Source: Mayamaea pseudoterrestris (Eukaryota). Taken from it: 64,000 nt of DNA. The notes beneath the pieces are model-generated. The model was not told where the DNA came from, did not search any database, and saw nothing but the letters and a program-made list of their open reading frames with translations. Location: positions 372,001 to 436,000 of the forward strand of contig BROI01000007.1 in assembly GCA_027923505.1 (NCBI GenBank). Reading direction: 5' to 3'. Positions within the stretch are counted from its first letter, which is position 1. Each line of letters starts with the position of its first letter. This document shows positions 24,072-36,143 of the stretch, piece by piece. The translations under genes were made by a program, and so were the position numbers.

Positions 24072-25844
24072 TCATATAACGTTCTTAATGGTCGTTTTTA
24101 TCAAAGATCTGAGGGATGGGAAATACTCGGGCTTGCGTCCGTCTCTTCCTTTCAGCTCTTGGATAACAGGGCAGCTTGCCCAAGCGCTTGTAGCATGCGC
24201 TTGTAATCTTGTCGGCTGCGTTGTTACAAAGTCGACTTGATAGTCTTGAGGTGAAACATCCATGCATCCCACGACAAGCAACTTTCCAGATATCCTTGAA
24301 GCAGCCGATGCCACTGCTTCGCAGCACTCTTGTGTTGCCCAAACTGCGTTGGCGTTGGATGTAGAAAGCAGCGAACGTATGTCGGCAGCTGTTGACGACG
24401 TGTTACATATAAGATCATCTGTTGATACACTGCTCGGAGGTGATACTGTGAGACCAGCGTAATATTCCTGGCATCTCATTGCAGTCATATTGAGGCCATT
24501 GCTTAGGCAGAGCGCCGTGGGCGGGGCATTGTTCAATAGCCGCAGGGTAGCTGTTGCAGCAAGCTGTCCATAGGACTCGTCACTTGTTGGACCGACAAAT
24601 GGTAGTCTGTCTTCGCCTGACACGAGCGATTCGACGACGACGTTGCCGTAACCTGTGTTAAAAACTCCTATGGAAGGCAGCCCTGGGTTGACTGAGATGC
24701 CGCGCACTACCGTCATTAAATCGGGATTGTCGGTCGGGTCGGTCGTCATGATTGCAGGTACTGCCGAGATTCCACTAACGATTTGATTCACCGTAATCAT
24801 GATCTCTGATATAGATCTTCCACTAGCAACGGTCGGGTCAATACCAGTCATAAAGAAGCAGAGACCGAATTGATTGGCGTCTCTTACTATATCAAGGTAT
24901 ATGGAGTTCCAAAAGCTGTCAAAGCCACTTTCAGTATCGGAATTGAGCAAGGCATGTGTTATAATGGCAAAGACTGGACCATCAAAGTTGCAGCAGCGAT
25001 TAGGGTTTTGCGCAATTGCTTCGGGAACTCGACTGAGAACATATGTCGATTGAGAGCTTGAGCATTCACCGGATACTGGTTTCCGTGTCGGACGATTGGT
25101 GGTAACTACCGGCGGTGGTGTCGGATAAGATACGGGAGGCCGTGTGATGGCTTTGCTTTTCGAAACCTTTTTCGTCTTCGAACTGACTTCTTTCTTCTTC
25201 GTGCCCTTCTTGCTGTCCTTCTTCATCAATTGCTTTGCCGATAAAGAGTAGCTGCCACCGCCTTTGACATAACCCTTACTGCCACCTTTACTTGTCAGTC
25301 CCTTGCTTGCGACGCCTCTATCGTTCTTCTTTTCCTTCGTTTTCTTATCAATGCTCGTGCCAGTGACTCCGCCGGTGCTACCTGAGAAACTAGATGTCAC
25401 ATGTACAACGCCGTAATTCGCTGAACCCTCCTTCTCTGTGCCTATTTTTCCTTTTCCCTTGCTTCTTTGACTACCATTTGATTTATCGAAAGATTCTGGA
25501 TTAATTGGAGCGATATTATGTGCAGTTGCCGAGCCAGAGGACAATACAAATGGAGGAGACGGATCGAGTTGCGGATCTGTTTCAGAGGCAGTCAAGGACG
25601 TCGACGATGACTGAACGTATAAAGAGTCTGATGACGAGACAGATACTGGTATTCCTATGTGGCTGGAAGCCTGTGGTCCGAAAAAGCTTTCTTGTGCTCG
25701 TCTTGTCAGCTGATGACCTCGTCGCCGAGCTGGGGATTCATCGTCGCTCCATTGCCCATTCTCTTGTGGTGTTCCGCGCACCACAGCCTCCGCAGTTGCG
25801 CTATATGTCGTTAGAAGCAGAAATAGTCTAGTCAGCTTCGTCAT
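24072..25844 (-). CDS. Secreted protein: Ser/Lys/Pro-rich linker plus a type-I periplasmic sugar-binding-like domain
   Basis: Signal peptide MTKLTRLFLLLTTYSATAEA; IITHA...FDSFW, IGVFNTG, LPFVG..DESYGQLAA, ALC..N....RC pattern of bacterial ABC sugar-binding proteins. Confidence 0.75.
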   Translation of the reverse strand: MTKLTRLFLLLTTYSATAEAVVRGTPQENGQWSDDESPARRRGHQLTRRAQESFFGPQASSHIGIPVSVSSSDSLYVQSSSTSLTASETDPQLDPSPPFVLSSGSATAHNIAPINPESFDKSNGSQRSKGKGKIGTEKEGSANYGVVHVTSSFSGSTGGVTGTSIDKKTKEKKNDRGVASKGLTSKGGSKGYVKGGGSYSLSAKQLMKKDSKKGTKKKEVSSKTKKVSKSKAITRPPVSYPTPPPVVTTNRPTRKPVSGECSSSQSTYVLSRVPEAIAQNPNRCCNFDGPVFAIITHALLNSDTESGFDSFWNSIYLDIVRDANQFGLCFFMTGIDPTVASGRSISEIMITVNQIVSGISAVPAIMTTDPTDNPDLMTVVRGISVNPGLPSIGVFNTGYGNVVVESLVSGEDRLPFVGPTSDESYGQLAATATLRLLNNAPPTALCLSNGLNMTAMRCQEYYAGLTVSPPSSVSTDDLICNTSSTAADIRSLLSTSNANAVWATQECCEAVASAASRISGKLLVVGCMDVSPQDYQVDFVTTQPTRLQAHATSAWASCPVIQELKGRDGRKPEYFPSLRSLIKTTIKNVI

Positions 25845-26120
25845 GGTTAACTCTATTGCTCGTGATAATCGTCTACCGGTAGGCTGCGTTTCGTTACCAT
25901 CAACGACACGCAAGATAGTGGCGGTCGGAACGATTCAAAAATGTGACGGCCAAAATTGGCGGCGTCGGCTGGCTCGCTACAAGTGTCGCACAGGTACCGA
26001 AGAGTTGACGAACGTATTCCGCACGTCTTTTTGCTACACCGAAAGTTATTGTCCTACTTGTTTCAATAGCTATGCCTAGCATTTTAAACATCCATACACA
26101 GTGAACTAGCACAACAAGCT

Positions 26121-27332
26121 TTAGAACATCACAATATTGTAAATTGCTGTATTCAACAGCGACAGAAGCGATGGAAAGAACTCATCCGCTCGACCATTAT
26201 CTGAAGGTTTGCTCGCTTCTTCTACTGGTAGACTCACCCATGAAGTGACTTGGACTGCTTGTAACTCGACTGGCTGCGCAGTGACAAAGTCCGCCGAGCC
26301 TCGAGGCGCTGAATCATTGTTATCCTGACACCCAACAATGATTGTTTGGTTGTACTCATCCTTTGCTCTCTCGGCTGCTTCGGCGACTGATTTGCAACAG
26401 TCGACATGTGCAAAGACGGCATTTACTTCTTCATCAACCATAAGCGCAAGCAATGCATCGACACTGGAGTCAGCTCGGCAAGTCAAACCAAAGTATCGAC
26501 TGGGTGGGTTGCCATCTGTCAACACATCATAATAGGAAGCACATCGCCGTCCAACGTACGTGAGGTCCGGACGACCATTAAAACAAAGCGCCATGGGCGA
26601 TGCTCCATTCAACAGCTGAAGGGTTATATCGGCTGCCTCAATGCCGTAATCATTGTCATCTGTGGATCCGACGTACGGCAGTCTATCTTGACCTGTTACC
26701 ACAGACTCTTGACTAAGTTTGGCAAAGCCAGTGTTGAAGACGCCAATGGATGGGCCACCGACCGTCTCTGAGATGACACGGAACAGATTGACAAGCTGCA
26801 TATCATTCGTTGGATCTGTCGACATTATAGCAGGAACGCTTGGCAGTAAAGAAACCAAGGCGTTCGTTTGAATAAGGACTTCATCAAGCGTTTTTTTGAA
26901 CCGATTCGCTGCCGTTTGGTTAAATCCAGACATGACGAAGCAAATGTCAGCAGTCTTTGCATACTCGTCAATTAGTTTATAGTAATCATTCCAGAATGGT
27001 TCAAATCCAGTTGACGTGCTCTTATCCCAAAGTGCGTGGGTTATAAGTGCCGCTGTTGGTCCCTCGTGCTTGCAGCATCGAGGAGGATTAAGAACGAAAG
27101 ATCCTTGAACATTTGCAATAGCTTCCGCCACAGTGCTTCTACATCGTCCAGTGCTGATACTCTTCTCACCACCGCTCTGCTCCTCGTTGGTCGTCTCCTC
27201 ATTCGACACTTTCAAGTCTCTCGTGTCGAAAATTCGAGGGAACCCAGAGCCCATCGCCCGAATCCTTCTCTCCCTCCGAGGCTGCGCGAATGAAGTGCCT
27301 GCTAACAGCGGCAATAACAGGATGTTCCTCAT
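26121..27332 (-). CDS. Secreted type-I periplasmic sugar-binding-like protein; tandem paralog of 24072-25844
   Basis: Signal peptide MRNILLLPLLAGTSFA; NPPRCC..GP.AALITHA...GFEPFW, PAIMSTDPT, GVFNTG, DRLPYVG, ALCFN...RRC shared with the neighbouring gene. Confidence 0.8.
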   Translation of the reverse strand: MRNILLLPLLAGTSFAQPRRERRIRAMGSGFPRIFDTRDLKVSNEETTNEEQSGGEKSISTGRCRSTVAEAIANVQGSFVLNPPRCCKHEGPTAALITHALWDKSTSTGFEPFWNDYYKLIDEYAKTADICFVMSGFNQTAANRFKKTLDEVLIQTNALVSLLPSVPAIMSTDPTNDMQLVNLFRVISETVGGPSIGVFNTGFAKLSQESVVTGQDRLPYVGSTDDNDYGIEAADITLQLLNGASPMALCFNGRPDLTYVGRRCASYYDVLTDGNPPSRYFGLTCRADSSVDALLALMVDEEVNAVFAHVDCCKSVAEAAERAKDEYNQTIIVGCQDNNDSAPRGSADFVTAQPVELQAVQVTSWVSLPVEEASKPSDNGRADEFFPSLLSLLNTAIYNIVMF

Positions 27333-27756
27333 GGTAGTTTCGGTAATTTGTCTATGATGAACATCATGCATCAGGTCGTGTATTTTCGAGTCGCTAAATT
27401 TGGGTAAGCCATGATTTTGTGAGAAGTTTTTGGTCAGCGCGAGCCTGCCTAGCACTGTCGCTCCGGTAACAGGAGTGGAAGGTATCGCCAAATTCCTGGC
27501 CTTGGGTACTTGTCCCTTGTACCTGAAAAGCTTACTATTTGTGCGCAAGAACCAAGCAGCGTTACACGAGAAAGTAGCTTTAGGATAAAATGGGGGATAG
27601 ATGGCATTTCAACTGCCGGTATGAGCGACAGGCTAGTAAATTGAAATTCATTTATTTTCCCTAAAGCGGTTCGTTATCCCAGGACTATTTCCTGGAGCTC
27701 GTTACAGTAATTTCTCGTCTCGTCAAGCGTGGAGTACAATCGCCTTTATGTATCTT

Positions 27757-28227
27757 TCAAGATGGCTGACGTCCGCGGCTCTTACTTGTATGAATGGCAC
27801 CCATGAGCAATGCGCGACGAACACTAGTGACAAGACGGTTGAACTTCTTCGTCTTCTTGGTTTTCTGCTTGGTTTCACCAATTGGCTCTTCATAATTGGC
27901 CTGCTCATCCTTGTCCAGGTCGTCTTCCTCCTTCATCGCTTGCATACCCAACTCCACTGTCACAACCTTGTCCTGAATGTGCGATTCCGACCCATCCAAA
28001 CTATAGGAGCAGATCGTCGTTGCCGTGGATTCCGCATCCAGCTTGTGAGGTGAAGGACTACCGGTAGAGCGAGCCTCCCAAAGGCGCATGGCGGCATCGT
28101 GAAGGTTCTCTGTCCAAGGCTCGTACTTGCCAATCCCAAGCGTCTCGCGACTGTCCAAGACGAGCTGCCGACAGACACGGTACGGCTGCTTCGTCTTGCG
28201 CATGAGAATATTCTCCAGCTCAGGCAT
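27757..28227 (-). CDS. Hypothetical protein (start uncertain)
   Basis: 3' part of a 264-aa ORF with plausible composition (acidic then Lys-rich tail); no recognised motif. Confidence 0.4.
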   Translation of the reverse strand: MPELENILMRKTKQPYRVCRQLVLDSRETLGIGKYEPWTENLHDAAMRLWEARSTGSPSPHKLDAESTATTICSYSLDGSESHIQDKVVTVELGMQAMKEEDDLDKDEQANYEEPIGETKQKTKKTKKFNRLVTSVRRALLMGAIHTSKSRGRQPS

Positions 28228-28601
28228 GACTGTAATGGCGGGGAAGAAAGTGTGCATGGTCACGATTCTGCAATGAGAGGAGAAGCATCGCTTGTCTTTG
28301 ACAAGTACTTGAAAGCGGGAGCAGAGTGGCGAAGAATGAGGCGACGAAAGATGGACATGCGGCAACAATGACGAGCAAGAAACGTCATGTAAAGTTTCAT
28401 TGGCGCGTGCGCGCGCCAGCCGGTTCCATCCGTTAACTCGCTCCTTAAGCTTCTTGGAAGTTCTTTCGAGAACCATCATCATTGCTCGTGGCTCGCCTGG
28501 CGGCGGAGAAGCGGCTGGTCGTCCTTTGCTATTCACGCGATCCTCCTCCAAGTGTTTGCTTGCCTCCTCTAAATCTCTCTGACTTCACCCTATACTCTAC
28601 C

Positions 28602-29375
28602 ATGCATCCTAAAGCTCAGCAAATTATCAATCAGGTGGATGCCTTCCTTGCCAAGCATCCAAAGTACACTCTATATGGTACGTGAATGAATGGTGAGCGG
28701 AGATGACTGGTCATCGTTGCTGGCTGGTTCGCTACGAAGCTGAGCGAGCGAGCGTGCCGAAGGTCCCGTGTATGTTGGAGTCTCTGCGGCATGCATTTTT
28801 CTGCTTCTTTATAGTTGCTGGCAATGATTGTTAGCGCCAAGGGTTCTCGCGACGCATGCCTCGCTCGCTGCTTGATAGGTCGGACGTGCTGTCCGTTCGG
28901 TTTGCATTTAGAATATTCGCATAATGCTGCCTATTAACTAATTCCGTTATCATTACCAGACCAATTGGTGCAGTTGGAAATCAAGACAGGCCAGCCAAAG
29001 GCGCTCTTTTTCATTGCTGGAGTGTTAGCTCTGTTCGGATCTTTGGTTCTGGTTGCTGGAGGCAAATTGATAGTCGACCTTGCTGGCTTTGTCTACCCGG
29101 CCTACATGTCATTCAAATCGCTGGAAGCTCAGCATGATGAGACGGAGTGGTTGACGTATTGGGTTGTCTTTTCTTCCTTTTCGATTCTTGAATCCTTCTT
29201 GTCGCCGCTCGTCAATTTGGTTCCGTTCTACTTGTGGATCAAGGTTGCCTTTATCATCTTCATGTACCATCCGTCGACGAAGGGAGCGCTTATGATCTAC
29301 CAGCAGGCGCTTCGACCCCTCCTTTTGCCCTATCTGGAGGTTGACAAGTCGGCGGCGACCAAGAAGATTTCGTAA
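28602..29375 (+). CDS. REEP/Yop1 (TB2/DP1/HVA22) ER-shaping protein; exons 28602-28677 and 28960-29375
   Basis: GFVYPAYMSFKSLE...WLTYWVVFS...PFYLWIKVAF..GALMIY; GTACGT...CCAG intron in frame. Confidence 0.93.
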
Positions 29376-29820
29376 CTGATTGGCGCAGATTCTATTACTT
29401 ATGCGGGTATATGCACTGACCGACGACCTGCTTGGATTAACATGGTTAGCAAATAAATGAAGTAGATGAAATTACCATTATGTTAGCAGGTAGCTGGACC
29501 TATAGGATGGTGCTAAGTGTTTGCGATGTACTTGTACAACTCTATTGCATATAGCTTGCGATGATCAATATCGGAAACGACACGCTGAGACTGTTGATCA
29601 AGATCAGACGATAGAATAAAGACGGATATGCTTGTGACAAAACCTGCAGGCTAGATTACCGGTAAACCAAGCAGTCAACCTCGTTCTTTCTTGACGGCAG
29701 ATGCATAGCTAGGGATGACTGTGGCGTATCGTGGCGGCACGTCGCAGCGGTGCGACACTTCACCAAGGTCGCCTCTCGTCGTCCACCATGATTGACGCCT
29801 GCAATCACTCCAAGGCAGCG

Positions 29821-30291
29821 ATGAATGGCGAATCCGGTAATGCAGACGACGACACCCCAAGAGAGACGTCGATTTACGGAGTAGAGTCCGACGCAATCAA
29901 ATCTGTTGAAAGGAAACGAAGAAGCCGGTCTGCCGATGGTTCAGACGAATCGGACGACGACTCTTCCCACCAAAGAAAACGCAGACGTAAACATAAGAGA
30001 CACAGGAAGCGAAAACGTGACTATTCATCAAGTAGCAGTGACGAATCATCTTCGTCCGACAATGACTCGAGACGACGCAAGAAGCATCGAAAGAAACGCA
30101 AGTCGAAGAAGGACAAACGAAAAAGCCGCAGTCGGGACGATCATTCATCCGAGGAAGGTAAAGATAGGGTTCGACGTAGCGTCATTACTGGAAAGAAGAT
30201 CAAAATGTCAATCAGCAAGACTGATGAAGATCTTGCTCAGGATGCGGCTCGACAGCAGCTGCTAGAGTACATGAACTCTTCCTACAAGTAA
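29821..30291 (+). CDS. Small K/R/S-rich nuclear protein (SR-25/ARL6IP4-like; start could be 29788)
   Basis: RKHKRHRKRK and SSSSSDESSS tracts; RRSVITGKKIKM...RQQLLEYMN C-terminus. Confidence 0.7.
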   Translation: MNGESGNADDDTPRETSIYGVESDAIKSVERKRRSRSADGSDESDDDSSHQRKRRRKHKRHRKRKRDYSSSSSDESSSSDNDSRRRKKHRKKRKSKKDKRKSRSRDDHSSEEGKDRVRRSVITGKKIKMSISKTDEDLAQDAARQQLLEYMNSSYK

Positions 30292-30301
30292 ATATCATAA
30301 A

Positions 30302-31417
30302 TTATACACTAGCATCATTTAATGCAACGCACGTAACTGTTCCTTGATGACCATGATACCTGCGGACCACATCCGCCGTTTTTAAATTCCAAAGTCTCGC
30401 AATATGGTCGCTACTGGACGTCACAAGATAGCTCGAGTCGGCGCAAAAGGCAGCGTCGTAGACCCAAGTTTTGGAGTTTTCCAACGTTTCCGTCAACTCC
30501 CACGTCGTCGTGTCCCATAGTTTCGCTAATCCATCACTTCCACACGTCACCAAATGTCGACAATCGGGTGCTATTCTGCCGTGCAGACAATAATACCCAG
30601 GCGCGTGCGCCCGAAACTTTGTAATGGGACAAATGTCGCTAGTGCGATCGCTGTCTGCATTGTCGTTGGATAGATTTACGCCAGTGCTGGGATCCCAAAC
30701 GTAAACGACGCCGTGATTAGTGATAGCAACAAGTGTTCTCGAATCTTCCGAAATATCCACGGCTTGCATTGTGACGGTGCTTTCAAAGTAGTTGCCGCGA
30801 GTGCTGCGGTGTTTCGGCGCTGCAGCGGGTGTTGTTCCTGCACCGCTGGCAGCTGCTCCTCCATCAGTCGATATCCAATCAACACTAGGTCGTAGTGTTG
30901 TCAAACAACCATTTCCTCCAAGGTCCCAAACTTTGACGCAGCCGTTGGAATCTGCACTAATGAGTTCGTCGCGATCGGTCCGCAGAGTGACAGAATTGAC
31001 GGCTGCACCACAATCAAAGCTTCGACTGTAGTTTTGATTCCTTAAATCCCATATTTTGACGGTTCCATCCTCGCTTGCGCTATACAAGAATCGACCGTCC
31101 TTTTGAAACCCAATGGATGTCACGTTGGACGTGTGTCCTTCCAATGTGAGTACGGCTTGCTGCTGCATGGTGGAATTGTCGGCCGCCTGCTGCGCATGGC
31201 TGACGCTGGGATTCGAGGAACCACTAGAGGACGACATGATTTCATATAATCGTATCACTGGATTTCCCGCTGCGGCAATAAACTGCTTGTCGGGCGTAAT
31301 TTCGAGCTTGTTGACCTGAGAGTCGGGGAATTTGATGATGCGCGTACATGTGCCGGACGGTGCGTCCCAGAAACGAATCTTATGGTCGAATCCACCTGTT
31401 GCTAAGACGACTGACAT
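30302..31417 (-). CDS. LST8: TOR complex subunit LST8 (WD40)
   Basis: [64 protein letters not shown]. Confidence 0.96.
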   Translation of the reverse strand: MSVVLATGGFDHKIRFWDAPSGTCTRIIKFPDSQVNKLEITPDKQFIAAAGNPVIRLYEIMSSSSGSSNPSVSHAQQAADNSTMQQQAVLTLEGHTSNVTSIGFQKDGRFLYSASEDGTVKIWDLRNQNYSRSFDCGAAVNSVTLRTDRDELISADSNGCVKVWDLGGNGCLTTLRPSVDWISTDGGAAASGAGTTPAAAPKHRSTRGNYFESTVTMQAVDISEDSRTLVAITNHGVVYVWDPSTGVNLSNDNADSDRTSDICPITKFRAHAPGYYCLHGRIAPDCRHLVTCGSDGLAKLWDTTTWELTETLENSKTWVYDAAFCADSSYLVTSSSDHIARLWNLKTADVVRRYHGHQGTVTCVALNDASV

Positions 31418-31699
31418 GGCTGGCTTTAATTCAAGTAGTCTGCTGTTGCATAAGTCTTTTGAAAGACTCCGATGAAGAGTGCGAGGTATGATCTTGGTTG
31501 TGTTGTCGAAGAAACCGACGACCAAATTGAGTACCGGATCGAATGCATGTGGTACTGCTTTTACGCGCGCCGTCGCGCAATTCCAACGCCCGCGACGATG
31601 ACCCGTCACAAAAAGTCGCGGCGGATCCCAAGCCTTCCATCGTAGCAGCAACAAACGAAAGAGAAGGAATAGCATCATTCATACATTTAAATCACTAGT

Positions 31700-33982
31700 A
31701 TGGTGAAACTCAAGCTACAGGTAGGATCTCTGCCAGAAACTCGCCTCGGGTATACAAACAAGGTGTACGTTTCCACCGAAACTATGGCAGACATCACCAA
31801 CTTTTACCAGGGTCATCGGGTCAAGCCGTTGGCAAACACAACAGAATGCTTTCTAATGTCCGTCCATGGGCATCCATTTGCTGTGGAAGGACATCCGAAG
31901 ATTCCAAGTCATGAGGTTGGTCTGGGCGTCATGCACCGCCGCTTCTTGCAGCTCGGCTTGGCGACAACCGTGACGGTGCAGCCACTACAACCTTATCCGC
32001 CGCCTCCATTGGCCATTGTGGATATTTCAGTTGCTACTCTTACAAAGTCAAAGACGGTGGACCGCAAGAGCAAGCCTAAGGAGATTGATTCGGACCGGCT
32101 CGCGCAGACTGTACTTATGATACTTGAGGAACAAGTCTTGGAGGTTGGCATGCTTGTTGCCATTGACTTTGAGGCTACCAAGCTGGAGCTTTGTATTCAC
32201 GAGTTTGAATCACTCAAGGATCTCAAGGCCAAGAAAAAGGGCGAAATTCCAGCGCAGCCGCAAACCATGGGGCAGCTGCTGGCACAAACGAATATTGTCT
32301 TTCGTCGCGCCGACGGTTGCGTCGGACTCGTTCTCACTGGAGAAAAGGTTGCTGAAGGAGCTGGTGGAGCTGGCGCCCAAACGATTTTTGTGGGTGACTT
32401 TGACTTTGAAAAACTTGGCATTGGTGGTTTAGATTCCGAGTTTAACAAAATATTTCGTCGAGCCTTTTCGAGTCGTATCTGGCCGCCGCACATTATCAAG
32501 CAAATGGGAATCAACCATGTTCGTGGCATGCTCTTGCATGGGCCACCGGGTTGCGGCAAGACGCTCATTGCCCGACAGATTGGCAAGGCACTTAACTCGC
32601 GTGAACCAAAGATTGTAAATGGGCCAGAGATTTTAAACAAGTTTGTTGGCGGGAGCGAGGAAAAGATTCGAGAGCTTTTTGCCGACGCAGAGAGGGAACA
32701 AGCAGAGGTTGGTGATCAGTCCATGTTACATATTGTTATTATGGACGAGATGGACGCTATCTGCAAGCAGCGTGGTTCTGTCAAGGATGGCACTGGTGTG
32801 AGCGACTCGGTTGTCAACCAGTTGTTGAGTAAGATTGATGGGGTTGACTCACTTAACAACATTTTGCTCATTGGAATGACAAATCGAAAGGACATGATCG
32901 ATGATGCCTTGCTGCGACCGGGCCGCTTGGAGGTTCATGTCGAGATTGGTTTGCCTGACGAGAATGGCCGCTTGCAGATTTTGAACATTCATACTAAGAA
33001 TATGAAGGATGCCAATCGCATCACCCCAGAATGCACGGAACGCTTGCCTGAGATTGCTGAACAGACCAAGAACTTTTCTGGAGCCGAAATTGAAGGTCTC
33101 GTCAAGGCTGCCAGCTCGTACGCGCTGACCCGCTGCGTCGACGTGAAGGATCTGAAGAAGGCGCCCGACGCCAAGAACTTGATTCTCCAGTACGGTGATT
33201 TGGAGCGTGCTTTAGGAGATATTGAACCAAAGTTTGGCGCCAAGACACCAGAGCTCAAGGCACACTATCGTAATGGCTTTGTTCCATATGGTGATTCGTT
33301 TGACTACCTCATGCAGATGCTTGAGCGCCTTGTCGAGCAAGTGCGCGCATCGGATCGTACTCCACTCATGTCAGTATTGCTACAGGGATCTCCTTCTAGT
33401 GGCAAGACGGCAATTGCTGCTAAAATCGCTGTCGATTCTGGTTACCCATTTGTCCGAATGATTTCTGCCGACGAAATGATTGGATACTCCGAAACGAGCA
33501 AGAGTCAAATGATTCACAAGGCTTTCATGGATTCGTACAAATCACCCCTCTCGCTCATCTTCTTGGATGATATTGAACGGCTAATCGATTACGTAGCAAT
33601 TGGGCCTCGCTTTAGCAACACGGTTTTACAAACGTTGCTTATCTTATTGAAGAAGGCGCCGCCGGATGATGGACGTCGCTTGCTGATCATTGGTACAACG
33701 TCGTGCCCGCACTTGTTAGACGATCTTGGCCTGGTATCGGCCTTTGGCGTGACTACGGCGGTTCCGTTGTTGGACGAGCCGGCTCAGATTGTCGAAGTCT
33801 TGCGTGTAGCCGCGCACATGAACGAAAAGGATGCAAGAAGTATTGCTAAGGCCATTACGAAACCGATTGGGATTAAGCAGCTGCTCATGGTTGCAGAAAT
33901 GGCCAAGCAGGGAACTGGGTCGTCTAAGGGCAGGGTTGATGCGAATATATTCATGGAATGCCTTCATACTGTTGGATATTAG
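31700..33982 (+). CDS. NSF: Vesicle-fusing ATPase NSF/Sec18
   Basis: GIGGLDSEF..IFRRAF.SR, GPPGCGKT, DEMDAICKQRG, LRPGRLEV; second AAA domain GSPSSGKT and IGPRFSN. Confidence 0.97.
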   Translation: MVKLKLQVGSLPETRLGYTNKVYVSTETMADITNFYQGHRVKPLANTTECFLMSVHGHPFAVEGHPKIPSHEVGLGVMHRRFLQLGLATTVTVQPLQPYPPPPLAIVDISVATLTKSKTVDRKSKPKEIDSDRLAQTVLMILEEQVLEVGMLVAIDFEATKLELCIHEFESLKDLKAKKKGEIPAQPQTMGQLLAQTNIVFRRADGCVGLVLTGEKVAEGAGGAGAQTIFVGDFDFEKLGIGGLDSEFNKIFRRAFSSRIWPPHIIKQMGINHVRGMLLHGPPGCGKTLIARQIGKALNSREPKIVNGPEILNKFVGGSEEKIRELFADAEREQAEVGDQSMLHIVIMDEMDAICKQRGSVKDGTGVSDSVVNQLLSKIDGVDSLNNILLIGMTNRKDMIDDALLRPGRLEVHVEIGLPDENGRLQILNIHTKNMKDANRITPECTERLPEIAEQTKNFSGAEIEGLVKAASSYALTRCVDVKDLKKAPDAKNLILQYGDLERALGDIEPKFGAKTPELKAHYRNGFVPYGDSFDYLMQMLERLVEQVRASDRTPLMSVLLQGSPSSGKTAIAAKIAVDSGYPFVRMISADEMIGYSETSKSQMIHKAFMDSYKSPLSLIFLDDIERLIDYVAIGPRFSNTVLQTLLILLKKAPPDDGRRLLIIGTTSCPHLLDDLGLVSAFGVTTAVPLLDEPAQIVEVLRVAAHMNEKDARSIAKAITKPIGIKQLLMVAEMAKQGTGSSKGRVDANIFMECLHTVGY

Positions 33983-34108
33983 AGAATAAGACGGAAGACT
34001 GCGTTAATATATTATACAGTATGACCTGAACACGAAACACCGGGCTAGAGACTGCCTGTATCATACACAGAAACTGAATTAACAATGCGTTACAATAAGT
34101 ACACCACT

Positions 34109-35925
34109 TTAGTGCGAAAATTGACGCTTATCAGATGTTTCTCGTCGTCCATACGGATTGTCGGCCGAGAAGGAGCCTTGGCCCTTCTTCCTGTTGACAT
34201 CCTTTTTTCGCTTCTCCTTTCCAAACGCCATGTCCACACGCGGTGGCGTTGTGAACCCAAATGCCTTGCCAACAGCTTGTAGATCGAGCTGATGAACGTT
34301 AAAAATATCACGCTGCGAGTGGCTCGCATACGCCAAAAGGTAGCTTCGATACGCATCCCGAGCAGACCGATTCAGGTAGTAATTCGTTTCAATGAGCCGC
34401 TCGAGCTGCGACTGCACATTGGCCACCTTGTTGGTGGGAAATTCGTATTCATTCAGCGTCACCTTGGCCGCCTTGAGATATCTCAAAAAGCCAGTTTCTT
34501 CTGGTGTCAGGAGAAGCAAAGCCCGGCCCGAGCCCGTGGCGCCGCGAGCTGTTCGACCGACACGGTGACTAGAGATGAGGTGTAGATTGGAAAAAGGAAC
34601 GTGAGCCAAAGGTATGCATGCATATATGTATTGAAAATCCTCTCTTTTACATACATGTACTCCTTTGGATCATCAGGCGGATCAAACTGTATAATCCAAT
34701 CCACCTTTGGAATATCCAAACCTCGTGCCGCCACATCGGTACAAAGCAAGGTGCCACTATCGCTCTTGCAGAATTGGAAGAAGGTCGTCGTCCGCTTGAC
34801 TTGCTTTTGTCGGCCGTGAATATCAAGGACCGGTACGTCAATATAGTTAAGTAGCTCAGCGTGAAATTTGACACTGTTGCAGCTACTAAAAAAGACCATG
34901 ATCTTCTTCTTGCGATTCTTCTTCAGAAACGTGAAAAGCAAGAGGAAGCGCTTGTCAGATGCCACCGTCACGAACCCTTGTTCCAGTCCAGCTGCTGTTG
35001 CCAGATTCGATTCATTCTCCACCTCGACAAAGATTGAATTCTTGGGATTGACAGACAGTCTAACTAGATCCTGCACCTTTTTTGTTTGTGTTGCACTAAA
35101 CAACATGGTTTGTCGTTCCTTGGGCAGCAGCTTTAGGATTGACCTCAAATCGTCCTCGAAACCTTGCTCCAGAATGCGATCAGCTTCATCCATGCATAGT
35201 GTCAGCAAGTTGCGAACGTTAAAGCCCTTCGAGTTTTGCAAGTGATCCAACAGTCGACCCGGCGTGGCAACGATGCAATTGACTCCCTTGCTCAGCTTGT
35301 CAGCCTCCGTCTTGCGATTAGCGCCTCCCATAATGAGACCAAAAGTTTGAGTATGATGACCAACATCAGTTTTGTTATTGGTACTGAGCATGCATTCCTG
35401 CAAGACGCCGTAAATTTGCATGGCCAATTCCCTCGTTGGACTTAGAATGATTGCACCCGTTCCATTCTTTGGCGTAAATTTGGCCTTGTAAAGCAATTCA
35501 ATAATGGGAATGACGAACGCAAGAGTCTTGCCGCTTCCCGTCTTGGCAGCGCCAATCAAGTCCTTGCCGGAAAGGAGGGGAGGAATTGCCTTGGCTTGAA
35601 TCTGCGTCATGCGGACCATTTTCATGCCGTCGAGGGCAGCAAGCGTCTTTTCTGACAGCGGAAGACTACTGAAAACGTCGTTGGGGTCTTGGGAGTAAAA
35701 GTTGGGTTTGTCAATGACGAGTTCGTCTTCGACTTTGTCGTCTTGCGTTGTTTTGGTGCGTTTACTTGACGCGTCGTCGGCGGTCATGATTTCTTCATTA
35801 GCATCGTCCTTCGAACGTTTCTTCTTCGAGAATATTTCCACAGGCTCCTCCTCATGCTGAACATCAGCAATTTCTTCTTCTTCCGGCTTTGCCTTTGGTG
35901 ACTTGGTCTTGTCCTTCTTACCCAT
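34109..35925 (-). CDS. HAS1: DEAD-box RNA helicase Has1/DDX18; intron 34569-34654
   Basis: [60 protein letters not shown]. Confidence 0.96.
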
Positions 35926-36143
35926 GCTAGTATACTTGTCAATGTCAATAGAACGGCAAATGTTGAACGAGAAATGCAAAATTGCGAACAACGAAGGGCG
36001 CTCGCAAAAGGTCATGAGCTGTAACGCTGCGACATGGACAGCTCACCACGAGAGCGAACCGCGCCGCCTCCACACGCGCAGATCATTCTCCTTCCGCAAT
36101 GTTCCAAACCTTAATAGTTTTTATAAATATATAGGAGAGTAAC

